Assembly (NCBI GenBank): GCA_965223265.1
Contig: OZ244999.1
Coordinates: 3,520,001 to 3,584,000 of the forward strand
Length of the DNA stretch: 64,000 nucleotides
Direction of reading: 5' to 3'
Source of the DNA: Planctomycetota bacterium
Lineage (GTDB): Bacteria; Planctomycetota; UBA8108; SXIK01
The position numbers were made by a program, and so were the translations under genes. The notes beneath the pieces were generated by a model. It saw nothing but the letters and a program-made list of their open reading frames with translations, was not told the DNA's origin and made no database searches. Below, in pieces: positions 21,128 through 30,828 of this stretch. The first letter of the stretch is position 1, and the number at the start of each line of letters is the position of its first letter.

Positions 21128-22061
21128 ATGCGAAATCTCGTCATTTTCACGTCCGTCACAGTTTTCATCGTGAACCTTCCGTGTCACGGCCAGGATGCGC
21201 CTCGTGACGATGAAAAGATCATTCGCAACTTGACAGACAAATACGTGGCGATGATCCGTACCGAAGATCGCACGTCGCTCGAGGCGATTGAAAGCATGCT
21301 GGCCGATGAGTACACGCAGATTAACTCTTCAGGAAAGGTCTATTCGGGGAAGGCCGCGAACCTCGCGTTCTACGAGGAAGCGTTCGATGACATCGACCGC
21401 AATTTCAAGAGCCTGACGACGAAGTACGACATTCAATCGGTGAAGATCCTTCCACGCTCAGCCCTGGTCTTCGGTCGACTGAAAATGACTGGAGTGCTCA
21501 AAGACCGCAATCGACCGTTCAATTGGGACATACTGGAGTCTCTACTTCGAGAAAACTCCGGACGGCTGGAAATTGACGCATGAACATTCAACGAGGGTGG
21601 ATTCGGATGACTCGCCCCGCGCCGCACTCCGGAAGAAGTTCAGCGCTCGAATGAAGAAAGACAGACAAACCTATACCGCCGAGCAAATCGCAGAGATCGA
21701 GCGCGTCTATCAGGTGGCCGATCAAAAACCGAGGAGCGAAGAAGCGAGAGATGGGTTGAAGAAGCTCGCGGAGAAATACGGCAAGGCCAATCGTGCCGGG
21801 TGTGGTCTCCTCTACCTGGCACGATGGTCCGAGGGGAAAGAGCGAGAAGGCCGTCTCCGAGCTGCCATCGCCAATCACAGCGATTGCATGTATGGTGACG
21901 GCGTTGAGGTCGGTGCCTATGCGCGCTACTACCTAGCGAAGTATTATCAGGGCACTGGCAAGACGGAAGAGGCTCAGCGGCTCTACCAGGAGATTCGCGA
22001 CAACTATCCGAACGCTGTAACGCACGGGGGAGAGCCCTTGAAGGATCACATTCCGGATTAA
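21128..22061 (+). CDS. Secreted NTF2-like (DUF4440) + TPR-like protein, frameshift at ~21545
   Basis: LADEYTQINSSGK (NTF2-like). The missing last strand FEKTPDGWKLTHEHS lies in the next frame and continues into a helical TPR-like domain (ARYYLAKYY..AQRLYQEIRDNYP). Confidence 0.72.
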
Positions 22062-22093
22062 GGAGTGCGAAGCCCGAGAGCGGCGAAACAGAA

Positions 22094-24598
22094 ATGGCGC
22101 AGAATATGATGTCCGTTTCAAAGCCTGCTCTTTGGGCGGTGGGGGGCGCCGCCGTTCTCGCCGTTCTCAGTCTCTGCATTGTCTGGACGTGGGTCGAGCC
22201 GGAGAGAGCTGAGCGGCGATCAGCAATCCCGAACGAATCGCGCGAGTTGTCCAGCGGCGATCAGACAAACGACACGTCGATTGATCGGAACGATCGACGA
22301 GATCAGCACATCGGGACTCCGCTGCCGCCACCGGAGAAAACCGCTGCACTGCGACTCGCCGGGCGCGTCAGGCTGCCGGATGGGTCGCCGGTCGAGCACG
22401 CCGAGGTCTCGATCGCGGGCGGGAACACCTCCAAGACGAGGACGAATGCCGACGGCCTGTTCGAGCTGCGAGACGTTGTGCCGGGCCTGCACGAAGTACG
22501 TGTCCGACGTGACGGGATCGCAGAGACGCTGTTCCGCGGCGTTCGCGTCACCGCGGCGAAGAATGCGTTCATAGAGATGACTGTCGAGATCGGGCGTGTG
22601 CTCGGCGGACGCGTCGTCGACGATGATGGATACGGAATCGACGGAGTCGAGGTCACGGCAGTCGAGCCCTCTTGGAACGAAACCGAACAGGGGCCCGGCC
22701 AGACGCGCGTACACACTGACGCGAATGGGAACTTCGTGTTCGACACGCTTTGGGACGTCACGTACCAACTCTCCACGGCCGCGAAGACTCCGTTTCCACC
22801 GCTGCACTACCCGAGGGAATACGAAACAGGCCGAAGCGACGTCGTGTTGGTCGTGGCACGCGGGGCTGTCTTCGCTGGCAGGGTCGTGAACGCACTGACG
22901 TCGGAAGGCGTCGCGGCGGCGAGTGTGAAATTCACGTGGCGCGGGTCGGGCGACGCTGACTTTCCGGCATCTCACAGTTCCTCCAGCGGCGTCGCCAAGA
23001 CTGACGAACTCGGGGACTTTGCGTTCTGCTTCGGCGCTCCGGGATCGCTCCAGCTCAGCGCGCATCAGCTCGGTTATTCTCGCTCTGACGTATTGGATCT
23101 ACGTGAGGCGCAGCCCGGAGACAAGGTCGAGGGCATCGAAATCATTCTCGTCCCTATCGGGGCAGGTCGTCTCAAGGGGCAAGTCGTCAACACAAACGAG
23201 GCATCTGTCGCAGCGGCGCGAGTTACGCTGGGGCAGCCCGTTCTGTACGTCAACCGAGCAAGCGGAGCGTTCCATCGGGATCGGTCTGCAACTTCGGATC
23301 AGATTCACGTAACCAGTGACACCGAGGGCAGGTTCGAAGTCTCGCTTTCGCGCATCCACCCCCGTCGCTCTTACCTCATCCAGGCGCAGCACGCAGAACA
23401 CGGGATCTCGCAACCTGCCGAAGTGTACTTCGAGCAGCTGACCGAGCCGATCTCTATCCCTCCACTCGTCCTCGAGACCGCAGCAACGCTGAAGGGAGTC
23501 GTCTCTTCCAATGATGGCGCCGACGTTCCGAATGCGCGGGTCGAGCTTGACGCCTGGGATCCACGTGTCACGAAGACAGAGGCAAAGAGGCGTACACTCA
23601 CGAACGCTTGGTGCCAAACCGTATCGACGACGACTAACGCGGCGGGAGAATTCGAGCTCACTTCACTAGCAGCGGGCCGCTACCAGCTCAGGGTCACGGC
23701 TGCGGCGCACGTCGATGTGACAACCGCTCCGATCCTGCTGGAAGCTGGCCGCACGCATGAGGAGAAAGTCAACCTCGAGCCTGCGTTGACGATCGCGGGG
23801 GCGGTCGCCGGCGCGGATGGTCAGTCCGTCGTGGCTGCACGTGTCACCGCAACCCAAACGAACGCTACGACGCATCCCGCCAGACTCGACACAGAGACCG
23901 ATCTTGACGGGATCTACCGGTTCGAGGACGTGCCGCCGGGAATGTATCGAATCGAAGTCCAGCCGCAAGGTTTTGTCAAACAGGCGCGCCTCGGAGTCTT
24001 CGCCGGTGCTGCTGACGTCGACTTCATGTTCGCAGTCTCGGGTGCACTGAATGTTTCGGCCGTGGACGCTTCGTCGAGAAAAGGGCTCACGGACTTTCAA
24101 GTCCGTCTCTGGCCACGGGTGGGCGCGAGCGAGTTTCCTCTGGCGCGAGACACGCTCGGTGAGGACCGCCGCGCCCACCCCGGTAGCTACTCCTTGGAAA
24201 TCTTGGCGGCGGGCTATGTCCCGTGGTGGCTGGACGACGTGTCTGTTGCCTCAGGCGAGACGAAAGAAGTCGAGGCGATCTTGGAGACTGGACTCGTGAT
24301 CGCTGGAACGGTGCTGGATTCCCTCGGTGCCCCAGTCCACGGCGCACGCCTCGACGTTCGCCCCGTTCGCAGGCATCGGCGAACACGTTCACGTGTGATC
24401 ATCTTCACAGATGCGACCGGCAGCTTTCGCGCCTCAGGATTCGTCGCCGGCGACTACCGGATGAGTGTCTTTCATGCCGGGTATGAGGAGCAGCACGCGG
24501 AATTCCGCCTCAGCGACAGCGACGCGGGCGTGCCCCGGCAACCTGAGGATTCGGCGGAGCGACTGAAGGTGTGGCTCACGCCGACCAGTGAACCGTAA
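22094..24598 (+). CDS. Membrane-anchored carboxypeptidase-regulatory-like repeat protein
   Basis: N-terminal TM segment followed by about 7-8 GRV..TDxxGxF..GxY repeats. Confidence 0.85.
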   Translation: MAQNMMSVSKPALWAVGGAAVLAVLSLCIVWTWVEPERAERRSAIPNESRELSSGDQTNDTSIDRNDRRDQHIGTPLPPPEKTAALRLAGRVRLPDGSPVEHAEVSIAGGNTSKTRTNADGLFELRDVVPGLHEVRVRRDGIAETLFRGVRVTAAKNAFIEMTVEIGRVLGGRVVDDDGYGIDGVEVTAVEPSWNETEQGPGQTRVHTDANGNFVFDTLWDVTYQLSTAAKTPFPPLHYPREYETGRSDVVLVVARGAVFAGRVVNALTSEGVAAASVKFTWRGSGDADFPASHSSSSGVAKTDELGDFAFCFGAPGSLQLSAHQLGYSRSDVLDLREAQPGDKVEGIEIILVPIGAGRLKGQVVNTNEASVAAARVTLGQPVLYVNRASGAFHRDRSATSDQIHVTSDTEGRFEVSLSRIHPRRSYLIQAQHAEHGISQPAEVYFEQLTEPISIPPLVLETAATLKGVVSSNDGADVPNARVELDAWDPRVTKTEAKRRTLTNAWCQTVSTTTNAAGEFELTSLAAGRYQLRVTAAAHVDVTTAPILLEAGRTHEEKVNLEPALTIAGAVAGADGQSVVAARVTATQTNATTHPARLDTETDLDGIYRFEDVPPGMYRIEVQPQGFVKQARLGVFAGAADVDFMFAVSGALNVSAVDASSRKGLTDFQVRLWPRVGASEFPLARDTLGEDRRAHPGSYSLEILAAGYVPWWLDDVSVASGETKEVEAILETGLVIAGTVLDSLGAPVHGARLDVRPVRRHRRTRSRVIIFTDATGSFRASGFVAGDYRMSVFHAGYEEQHAEFRLSDSDAGVPRQPEDSAERLKVWLTPTSEP

Positions 24599-25423
24599 GA
24601 CCTCGGACTTCACCTCGGAGAAGGAGCCTGTATAGGGACCGGATTTCCCTCGGTTAACCGTCGGCCCTTCGCCGACAAATCGCCATTTCCCACCGCGCTC
24701 AAGGAGCACGTAGAGGCGCCTCTCCTCCCGATGGTGACCTGACCCGCCGCCAGGAGCTTCTGCCCAACCGATCTCGTACACGACGCCGAGCGACGGATGC
24801 GCCGCTTTGCGAGCGGCGTAATCGCCGGCGCCATGATCGGAGCTGGGCACCTTGTCATGGAGCTTCGCGACGGCACGAATATTGTTGCCGCGAAGGATCC
24901 TGCGCGGTCCGCCAGGTGCCTCCTCCTCATAGCGGAGGAGGACCCAGCGCAGCGGTCTTTCTGCCGGGCGGTACACGTAGGCGCGATCAAGCGTGAATTC
25001 AGGATCTCCGTTCGCGTCGATCGTTATCCACATGAGATCTTGTCCCGCCCAGGCGAAAGTGGGACGCGCAGCGCGCACGAGCTCCTTCCAAGACTCCGCC
25101 TGCAGCCGAAACGCTTTCTCTGGGAGTGTCTGCCCGATCAAAGGATAACAGCCTGCTGAAGAAGTGCTTCGAGCCGAAAACTGGTTCTTCGCGTCCAGAT
25201 CGGCTGCGGCAAACGCAGGTAATCTCCGAGATCTTTGAGTATTGACGCCGTCGAGCTGGGCGTGAAGAGGCCAGTTTCTCGGCCGAATGACTTTTTCAAC
25301 GGGCTGATAAGGTAGAGCAGACTCTTTCTTTGGAGTCTCGACTCCAAAGAGCAGCTGTCCGCTCAAGACACAGGTCAAGAAAACGCGTGTTGTCATAACC
25401 ATACTCTTTAGCTTCTCCATCAC
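24434..25423 (-). CDS. Hypothetical secreted protein carrying an in-frame MITE; 3' end probably truncated
   Basis: Signal-like N-terminus, 329 aa open frame; last ~55 codons overlap the convergent gene. Confidence 0.55.
   Translation of the reverse strand: MMEKLKSMVMTTRVFLTCVLSGQLLFGVETPKKESALPYQPVEKVIRPRNWPLHAQLDGVNTQRSRRLPAFAAADLDAKNQFSARSTSSAGCYPLIGQTLPEKAFRLQAESWKELVRAARPTFAWAGQDLMWITIDANGDPEFTLDRAYVYRPAERPLRWVLLRYEEEAPGGPRRILRGNNIRAVAKLHDKVPSSDHGAGDYAARKAAHPSLGVVYEIGWAEAPGGGSGHHREERRLYVLLERGGKWRFVGEGPTVNRGKSGPYTGSFSEVKSEVLRFTGRREPHLQSLRRILRLPGHARVAVAEAEFRVLLLIPGMKDTHPVVAGDES
25149..25306. mobile_element. 158 bp MITE with 4 bp target duplication ATAA
   Basis: Ends CAGCCTGCTGAAGAAGT and ACTTTTTCAACGGGCTG are inverted repeats; ATAA at 25145-25148 and 25307-25310; homologous to 28811-28892. 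Confidence 0.85.
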
Positions 25424-25599
25424 ATCGCAGGCGATCTGTCGGCGCGTCGTGCCGTGTTCTTTGCAGCATCGCTCGAGGTCAGTGGGGGTAAGTCGAGCAG
25501 CTCAATTCGCTGCGGTCGGCGAGAATGAACGTGCGTGTGCTCCGCCCGCTCGGGTTAGCCCCATCGCGTCTCGAGCTTCAGTGCGTCTCAACACGACAT

Positions 25600-26058
25600 T
25601 CACGCCTCGAAAAAAAAACCAGGCCATAGTGCTTCCCATTCTCTACGGCACCGTAAAAAACCGGCCAGCGCCCCTGCCGCCAACAACGTAGTCAGGAAAT
25701 GACCGAAGGCAAAGTCGCGGTAGGGAGTGACCAGGGCCATGCCCGTTGTCAGAATCACGACGAGACAACATGCCGCTGACGCCCGGAGTGCCAGTCGCCA
25801 CCCGTGCAGCACCGTACACGCGGAAACTCCGATCAGAGTGCACAAGGTCGACGTTGTGATCACAACGGGATGCAGCGTGTTGAGTCCTTCGTACCGCAGG
25901 GCGAAGGCTCGAATGCGGCACGCATCTGCCTCTCCCGTGACCACCAGCAAAATGGGTAACCCCAGCACCAACGGCGTCGATGACCAGGTGAGCAACTTCA
26001 GCCACCAGGGCAAAACTGAAGTGCGAGACCGAATAGCTTCTTTTCGTGGCTTCCTCAT
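25600..26058 (-). CDS. Hypothetical membrane protein
   Basis: 152 aa with four hydrophobic segments; GGAAGG upstream of ATG. Confidence 0.5.
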   Translation of the reverse strand: MRKPRKEAIRSRTSVLPWWLKLLTWSSTPLVLGLPILLVVTGEADACRIRAFALRYEGLNTLHPVVITTSTLCTLIGVSACTVLHGWRLALRASAACCLVVILTTGMALVTPYRDFAFGHFLTTLLAAGALAGFLRCRREWEALWPGFFFEA

Positions 26059-26333
26059 GGATAAGCCTTCCTGGACGGACCCTCACGGACGGGCAGAGTC
26101 TTCGGCTATCAGGCCATCATGTCTCTCCACGTCTTTCCTCGACCGGGTGGTGAATTGTCGCACCTGCGAACCGCAAAGGGTCCGGCCTGTACCAGCGCGA
26201 TCTACGGCAAAAACTTCGCGCAAGCGGAGGCTGCATCGTAAACTGCCGCGATTTCGTCTGCTTCATGAAAATGAGGCCTCAAAGAATCACTGAACCCAAC
26301 AGATCTGGCGCGCGAACCGACCACCGAGGCACC

Positions 26334-27311
26334 ATGAAGGCCATTGTCTACGAGCAATACGGTCCACCGGAAGTGCTTCAATTGTGTGAAGTCGACACCC
26401 CCGAACCCGGCGATGGTGAGGTGCGGATCCGGATGACGGCGGTCGCGGTCAACATGGGCGACTGTGAGATGCGCCGCCCCGAGACCCCGAACTCGATTTG
26501 GGTCCTCGTGCGCCTCGTGTTCGGATGGCGCAGGCCACGAAAACGCATTCTCGGTGCCTACTTGGCCGGCACGGTCGATGCCGTCGGGACTAACGTCAAG
26601 CGGCTACGTGTGGGCGACGAGGTGATGGCGGCATCAGGCGCACGCTTCGGCGCCTACGCCGAATATCTCTGTTTGCCCGAGAGGTATCCGATCGCGATTC
26701 GACCGTCGAACATCAACGCAGCCGAAGCCTCCGGAGTTCCGCTCGGCGGCATCAACGCGCTGCACTTCTTGCGGAAGGCAAAATTACAGCCTGGAGAACA
26801 CGTGCTGGTCAATGGTGCTGGAGGAAGCTTCGGTACGTTTGCGGTGCAGCTCGCGAAGCACTACGGGGCCGAGGTCACCGCAGTCGACCACCATGACAAG
26901 CTCGAGATGATCCGCTCGCTCGGCGCGGATCACGTGATCGACTACACCTGCGAGGACTTCACTGACAACGTCGCGACCTACGACGTGATCTTCAACATGG
27001 TGATGAAGTGTCCCTACTCACGCGCGCTGCGGACGCTCAAACCGGGAGGCCGCTACCTGCTGACGAATCCCGACGGGTTCGGCCAAATTCTGCGTGCTGT
27101 CTGGACCTCGTGGACGAGTAACAAGAAGGTCGTGATCGAGATGGCAAAGGAAACCACCGCAGATCTGGAGCACCTACGAGAGCTGATCGAAGCCGGCACC
27201 CTCCGCTCGGTTGTCGATCGTACGTATCCGCTCGAGCAGGTCATCGAAGCCCACCACTACGTGGAGTCTGGTCGAAAGCACGGCAATGTGGTGCTGACGC
27301 TTGCGGAGTGA
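26334..27311 (+). CDS. NAD(P)-dependent MDR-family oxidoreductase (quinone reductase-like)
   Basis: MKAIVYEQYGPPEVL, VLVNGAGGSFGTFAVQLAK, LGADHVIDY, GNVVL. Confidence 0.93.
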   Translation: MKAIVYEQYGPPEVLQLCEVDTPEPGDGEVRIRMTAVAVNMGDCEMRRPETPNSIWVLVRLVFGWRRPRKRILGAYLAGTVDAVGTNVKRLRVGDEVMAASGARFGAYAEYLCLPERYPIAIRPSNINAAEASGVPLGGINALHFLRKAKLQPGEHVLVNGAGGSFGTFAVQLAKHYGAEVTAVDHHDKLEMIRSLGADHVIDYTCEDFTDNVATYDVIFNMVMKCPYSRALRTLKPGGRYLLTNPDGFGQILRAVWTSWTSNKKVVIEMAKETTADLEHLRELIEAGTLRSVVDRTYPLEQVIEAHHYVESGRKHGNVVLTLAE

Positions 27312-27373
27312 ACCGCCTTCCGAGTTGTCATCCCCCTGCCGCAAGCGCCTCGAGACTTCAGGCGGTGGAACGC

Positions 27374-27441
27374 GGGGTCCGACGATCAAGCGTACGGATA
27401 TCCTGAGCTCAGGATATCCGTACGCTTGATCGTCAGACCCC
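27374..27441. mobile_element. Minimal Tn3-family MITE: two fused terminal inverted repeats
   Basis: 68 bp palindrome with one mismatch, GGGGTC(C/T)GACGATCAAGCGTACGGATATCCTGAG|CTCAG...; flanked by AACGC/AATGC. Confidence 0.8.
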
Positions 27442-28250
27442 AATGCCCACGGAGAGTACCCGATCTTCGCAGTTGGCCCAATCCAACGTCGATACCCAAT
27501 GCCTGAAAAAAGTAACGGCCAAAATGCCTTCGGATCGCCGAAGAGCACGCCATTGAAAGGAGTCTCAATCGAGCCAAGAAAGAGGACCGGGGCGTGGTGC
27601 GGGTCAGCCCACGCCCCAGTCGCAGTCCGGAGGCGTTCTCCCAGGCACTTGAGAGGTGGAGTTTGAATGTGGGGTGGGGAGAGAGAGTTGTGTGCCTTGG
27701 ACGCTTCCGAACCGTTTCCTCTATACCCTCCTTGGGTCAACCTCTGGATCTCTTCATTGCCTCTTTTTCTGGCCGTCCCTATTCCCTCTTCTCGACATTG
27801 AGCGCGTTCGCTACCACGCCGGCGTTCGGGTCTCCTGCGCCCGCGAACGCCAGCGTCGAGGCCGTGCTTTCTGCGGCGGAGTGGGAGGACCTTCCTGCCG
27901 CCAGATTTATCTTTTAATCAATATCAGAATTAAAATCAACGATTCTTTTGGTCGTAAAATGTTCGGGTGGAGCCGCAGCCTTCAACGGTTTCGTCGTTGT
28001 GGCGGTCGAATCCACCGCGGTACCATGTTCGCGCTTCATACGGTGGCTCCTCGCAGTGTGCTCCCTGAGAGATCGCACTGCTGATCCGGCAATCTCTTCC
28101 TGCCCGATTCTTCTCTCCGTTCATCCGGCGCGCAAACGTTCGTTTTCTTGCGGGACGCTCTCGCATGCTCCCGAGGTATGACTCGATATTCACAGAAACG
28201 CTCGTTGGCGCGGCGAATTAGCCGCGGCCGCTATTGGCGTCGATGCGAGC

Positions 28251-28694
28251 TTGAAGGCGGATCAGCTCATGTTCGAGATCGGAAGATCGACTCGCAGCGC
28301 GCGCACCTCCATGGCACGAATCGCCGAGCTACGCCGCGCCCTGATGATCGATGAGGCGCCATCTCCCTCCCGTCGGTTCATGGGTGCGCTGCGTCGAGCC
28401 GCGCCCAGCCTGCCTCTCGTGGCGCTCCTACTCGTCTGCGCTGGCCTGGCACTAGCGGATCTGACGACCATCGTGTTCCTGCCGGACGCTCAGGTCGTCA
28501 TCGTCCAGAAAGCTGGCACCCTCGAGGTCAAATCCGCCGCCAAGGTTCCCACCTTGGAGAGCGAACGGCTCGCCACCATCCGCGGCGCGCGACGTCACGC
28601 AGCCTGGCCTCGCCTTAGCTTCCACGCTCTTTGCGTTGCTCTCGCTCTCTTCGCTCTTCGTTGCCGTCGACGTCACGTGGAGAGGACGGTCTGA
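28251..28694 (+). CDS. Hypothetical membrane protein
   Basis: 147 aa ORF with two hydrophobic segments; no family recognised. Confidence 0.35.
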   Translation: MKADQLMFEIGRSTRSARTSMARIAELRRALMIDEAPSPSRRFMGALRRAAPSLPLVALLLVCAGLALADLTTIVFLPDAQVVIVQKAGTLEVKSAAKVPTLESERLATIRGARRHAAWPRLSFHALCVALALFALRCRRRHVERTV

Positions 28695-28810
28695 TTCGAA
28701 TCGCGCCGCGCCAAGCTGCGAAGTTAGCGTTAGGCAAGATCACTCCCTACGCTGCAGTACGAGCTCTCACTCCGGGTTTCAAGGCAGGGTCCGAAACCGA
28801 ACGCGTTGAA

Positions 28811-28892
28811 CAGTCCGTTGAAAAGTCATTCGGCCGAGAAGCTAGCCCCTTCGCGTCCAGTTTTCGACTCAAGGCACGTTTTCAACAAGCTG
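28811..28892. mobile_element. Internally deleted copy of the 25149-25306 MITE family
   Basis: CAGTCCGTTGAAAAGTCATTCGGCCGAGAA matches the reverse complement of 25276-25306; other end TTTTCAACAAGCTG; flanks TGAA/TTAA. Confidence 0.78.
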
Positions 28893-29165
28893 TTAAGTCG
28901 ACGAGACGATCAAGCGACGGATCGGGAGACGCAGCTGCGGCGTTTCTCGACGTCGTCGCGGCTACGGACACTTCCGAGTGCGTGCGAGCAGTTGCCCGGC
29001 AGCATTGACGGGATCGACACCACGCAATGTCTTTCGGTGCGGCGCGCCGATCGGCACCCTGCGAGGCACTTTTCTCTGAGAATTCATGAAACCACGCCTC
29101 CGCGGTCGAGACAACATGGGGGAGAAAATCTGGAAGGAGGCAGGTGTGAAACTAAGGAGGCGGAA

Positions 29166-29798
29166 ATGAATCAAAGGAGCCCTCTACTCGCTCCCGCCAT
29201 TTTGGGCTTGGGGTTCGTCGTGGTCGTTTCGACGGTCGTCCCACGCTTTGTGACTCGAACGTTCGCCGAAAGTGAAACTCGTGATGCAACGTTCGAACCT
29301 GCGTCCAGCACGTACAATCCAATTCACGAGGACAGCGAGCGGCGCGTCACCATCCTGAGTGTGACGAAGGGACTTGCGTTTCTCAAATCTCAGGAGCCGA
29401 TCGCAGCGCAGTTCGCTGGCGAGCGTCAGCCCGGAGAGAACGTCCTACCATGGTTGCGAGTCAATGTCCTTGTCGAGCGTCTCGACGGACAGACGGGATC
29501 GATCGGGCCGGTTCAATTAGAAATAGAGAGCGACGATTGTGAGGAGTTCGTCGCCACACTCGAAGGCCGGCGAAGACGCGTCTCAGGTTCTGCGGTTGTC
29601 GCCTTGGACCACCACAAACTCGACCTAATGCTCTTTCCGTTTGGTCCTCTAACGGTGAAGGACGCAGATCGATCGCGAGTGTTTTCCTTCAGTGAATCGG
29701 GCCGCTTCTGCGATGCGGACAAGGTCACACTGCGCTTGAGCGTCGGCACTGAAGAAAACCGCAAAGAAGTCCTGTTCGAGAATGTCCCGATTCCTTAG
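29166..29798 (+). CDS. Hypothetical exported protein
   Basis: AAGGAGG RBS, signal-like N-terminus, beta-rich domain ending FENVPIP. Confidence 0.65.
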   Translation: MNQRSPLLAPAILGLGFVVVVSTVVPRFVTRTFAESETRDATFEPASSTYNPIHEDSERRVTILSVTKGLAFLKSQEPIAAQFAGERQPGENVLPWLRVNVLVERLDGQTGSIGPVQLEIESDDCEEFVATLEGRRRRVSGSAVVALDHHKLDLMLFPFGPLTVKDADRSRVFSFSESGRFCDADKVTLRLSVGTEENRKEVLFENVPIP

Positions 29799-29808
29799 CT
29801 TCGAGTTT

Positions 29809-30828
29809 TCACCCCGAAGTCGGTAAAACGTCGAGCCGCCCGTCCTCGCCGGCACGCACCCGCCTCAAGACGGTCGCCTCCACGAGAGCCTCGGTGAGAT
29901 CTTGCCCGCTGCGCACTCCCTCTCCGGCAGCGGCCAGTGCGGCGTCGATCTGCGCAGCCGACGCCGGCGCTGCACACACGTCGACGACGCAAGCGAACGC
30001 CGCCGAGATTTCGCTCAAATCGACCTTGCCGCCCGGCTGCGGCTCGAGCAAAAAAGTGTCCGACTCGTTCGCGTCGAGCGGCGGTAACGGGTCAGGGCGC
30101 GGGGCATCGTCGCAAAGCGTCAACGCTGGAACTTCGCTGACCTCGAACAGGTAGTGTTCAACGTGCTGGATCAGTTCGATGGTGCCTTTCGGGACGGCAC
30201 AAACGCCGACGCCGGGAGCGACGATCCACCCTTGCTCGCCCGGCTTCAACGCGCTGCTACATTTTGGCGACGATCGTCGCGCTCCAGCTTGCAGCGCCGG
30301 ATCACGCCCGCGCCGAGCGTCACGGAGTGCGCGTCTCGACTGCGCCATGGCACCTTCAAGGGTCAATGCCGCGCGGCCCTGGGCGGATGTCAGTCGCTTC
30401 GTCTCAAAGGCGTCCACGAGGTAGGCGACAAACGCGGTGGCCATGTAGCCGCGCCTCTGGACCGCCGCATGAAAGAACTCCGAACCGAAAAAGCTGTCCA
30501 GGAATCCGATCTCGCGACATTCGTTAAGGACGAGAGTCGTCGATACCTTGAACTCTTCGAGGAGCACCTTGAGCGAGCGTCGCCGGCGCATTCTGTCGGC
30601 GTTCCAAAGACGCCGGTCGTTCTCCACCAGCTGGCGGACGAGAGCGTCGTTAAGCTCGAGACCGACCAGTGCTGCCTGGGAATCGTCGTAGACGGCCGCG
30701 GTGAACTGTGGATCGAAGAGCATACGGATCACGACGCGCTGCAGAGCCACGAACGGTGTCACCGGCGCGTCCGGATCAGCCGCCGCGCGGTCGACGAACA
30801 GGGCCTCTTCCAACGGATTCCACGTCAT
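29809..30828 (-). CDS. Putative MNIO partner protein
   Basis: ATGA-coupled to the DUF692 gene; N-terminal helical RMLFDPQFTAAVY domain and C-terminal winged-helix-like segment. Confidence 0.65.
   Translation of the reverse strand: MTWNPLEEALFVDRAAADPDAPVTPFVALQRVVIRMLFDPQFTAAVYDDSQAALVGLELNDALVRQLVENDRRLWNADRMRRRRSLKVLLEEFKVSTTLVLNECREIGFLDSFFGSEFFHAAVQRRGYMATAFVAYLVDAFETKRLTSAQGRAALTLEGAMAQSRRALRDARRGRDPALQAGARRSSPKCSSALKPGEQGWIVAPGVGVCAVPKGTIELIQHVEHYLFEVSEVPALTLCDDAPRPDPLPPLDANESDTFLLEPQPGGKVDLSEISAAFACVVDVCAAPASAAQIDAALAAAGEGVRSGQDLTEALVEATVLRRVRAGEDGRLDVLPTSG

Noticed and set aside
25480-25565. Possible attC site between two minus-strand orphan genes (GGCTAAC..GAGC / GCTC..CTTACC)
   Set aside because: The complementary GTTRRRY core is absent, pairing is weak, and there is no array of similar sites.
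27447-27740. Possible restriction-modification remnant (PFNGVLF / FFQALGIDV)
   Set aside because: The similarity is only a few residues in different frames and cannot be supported without a search.
28251-29798. Candidate MNIO precursor among neighbouring ORFs
   Set aside because: They are on the opposite strand and lack repeated or terminal Cys motifs or a leader-like sequence.
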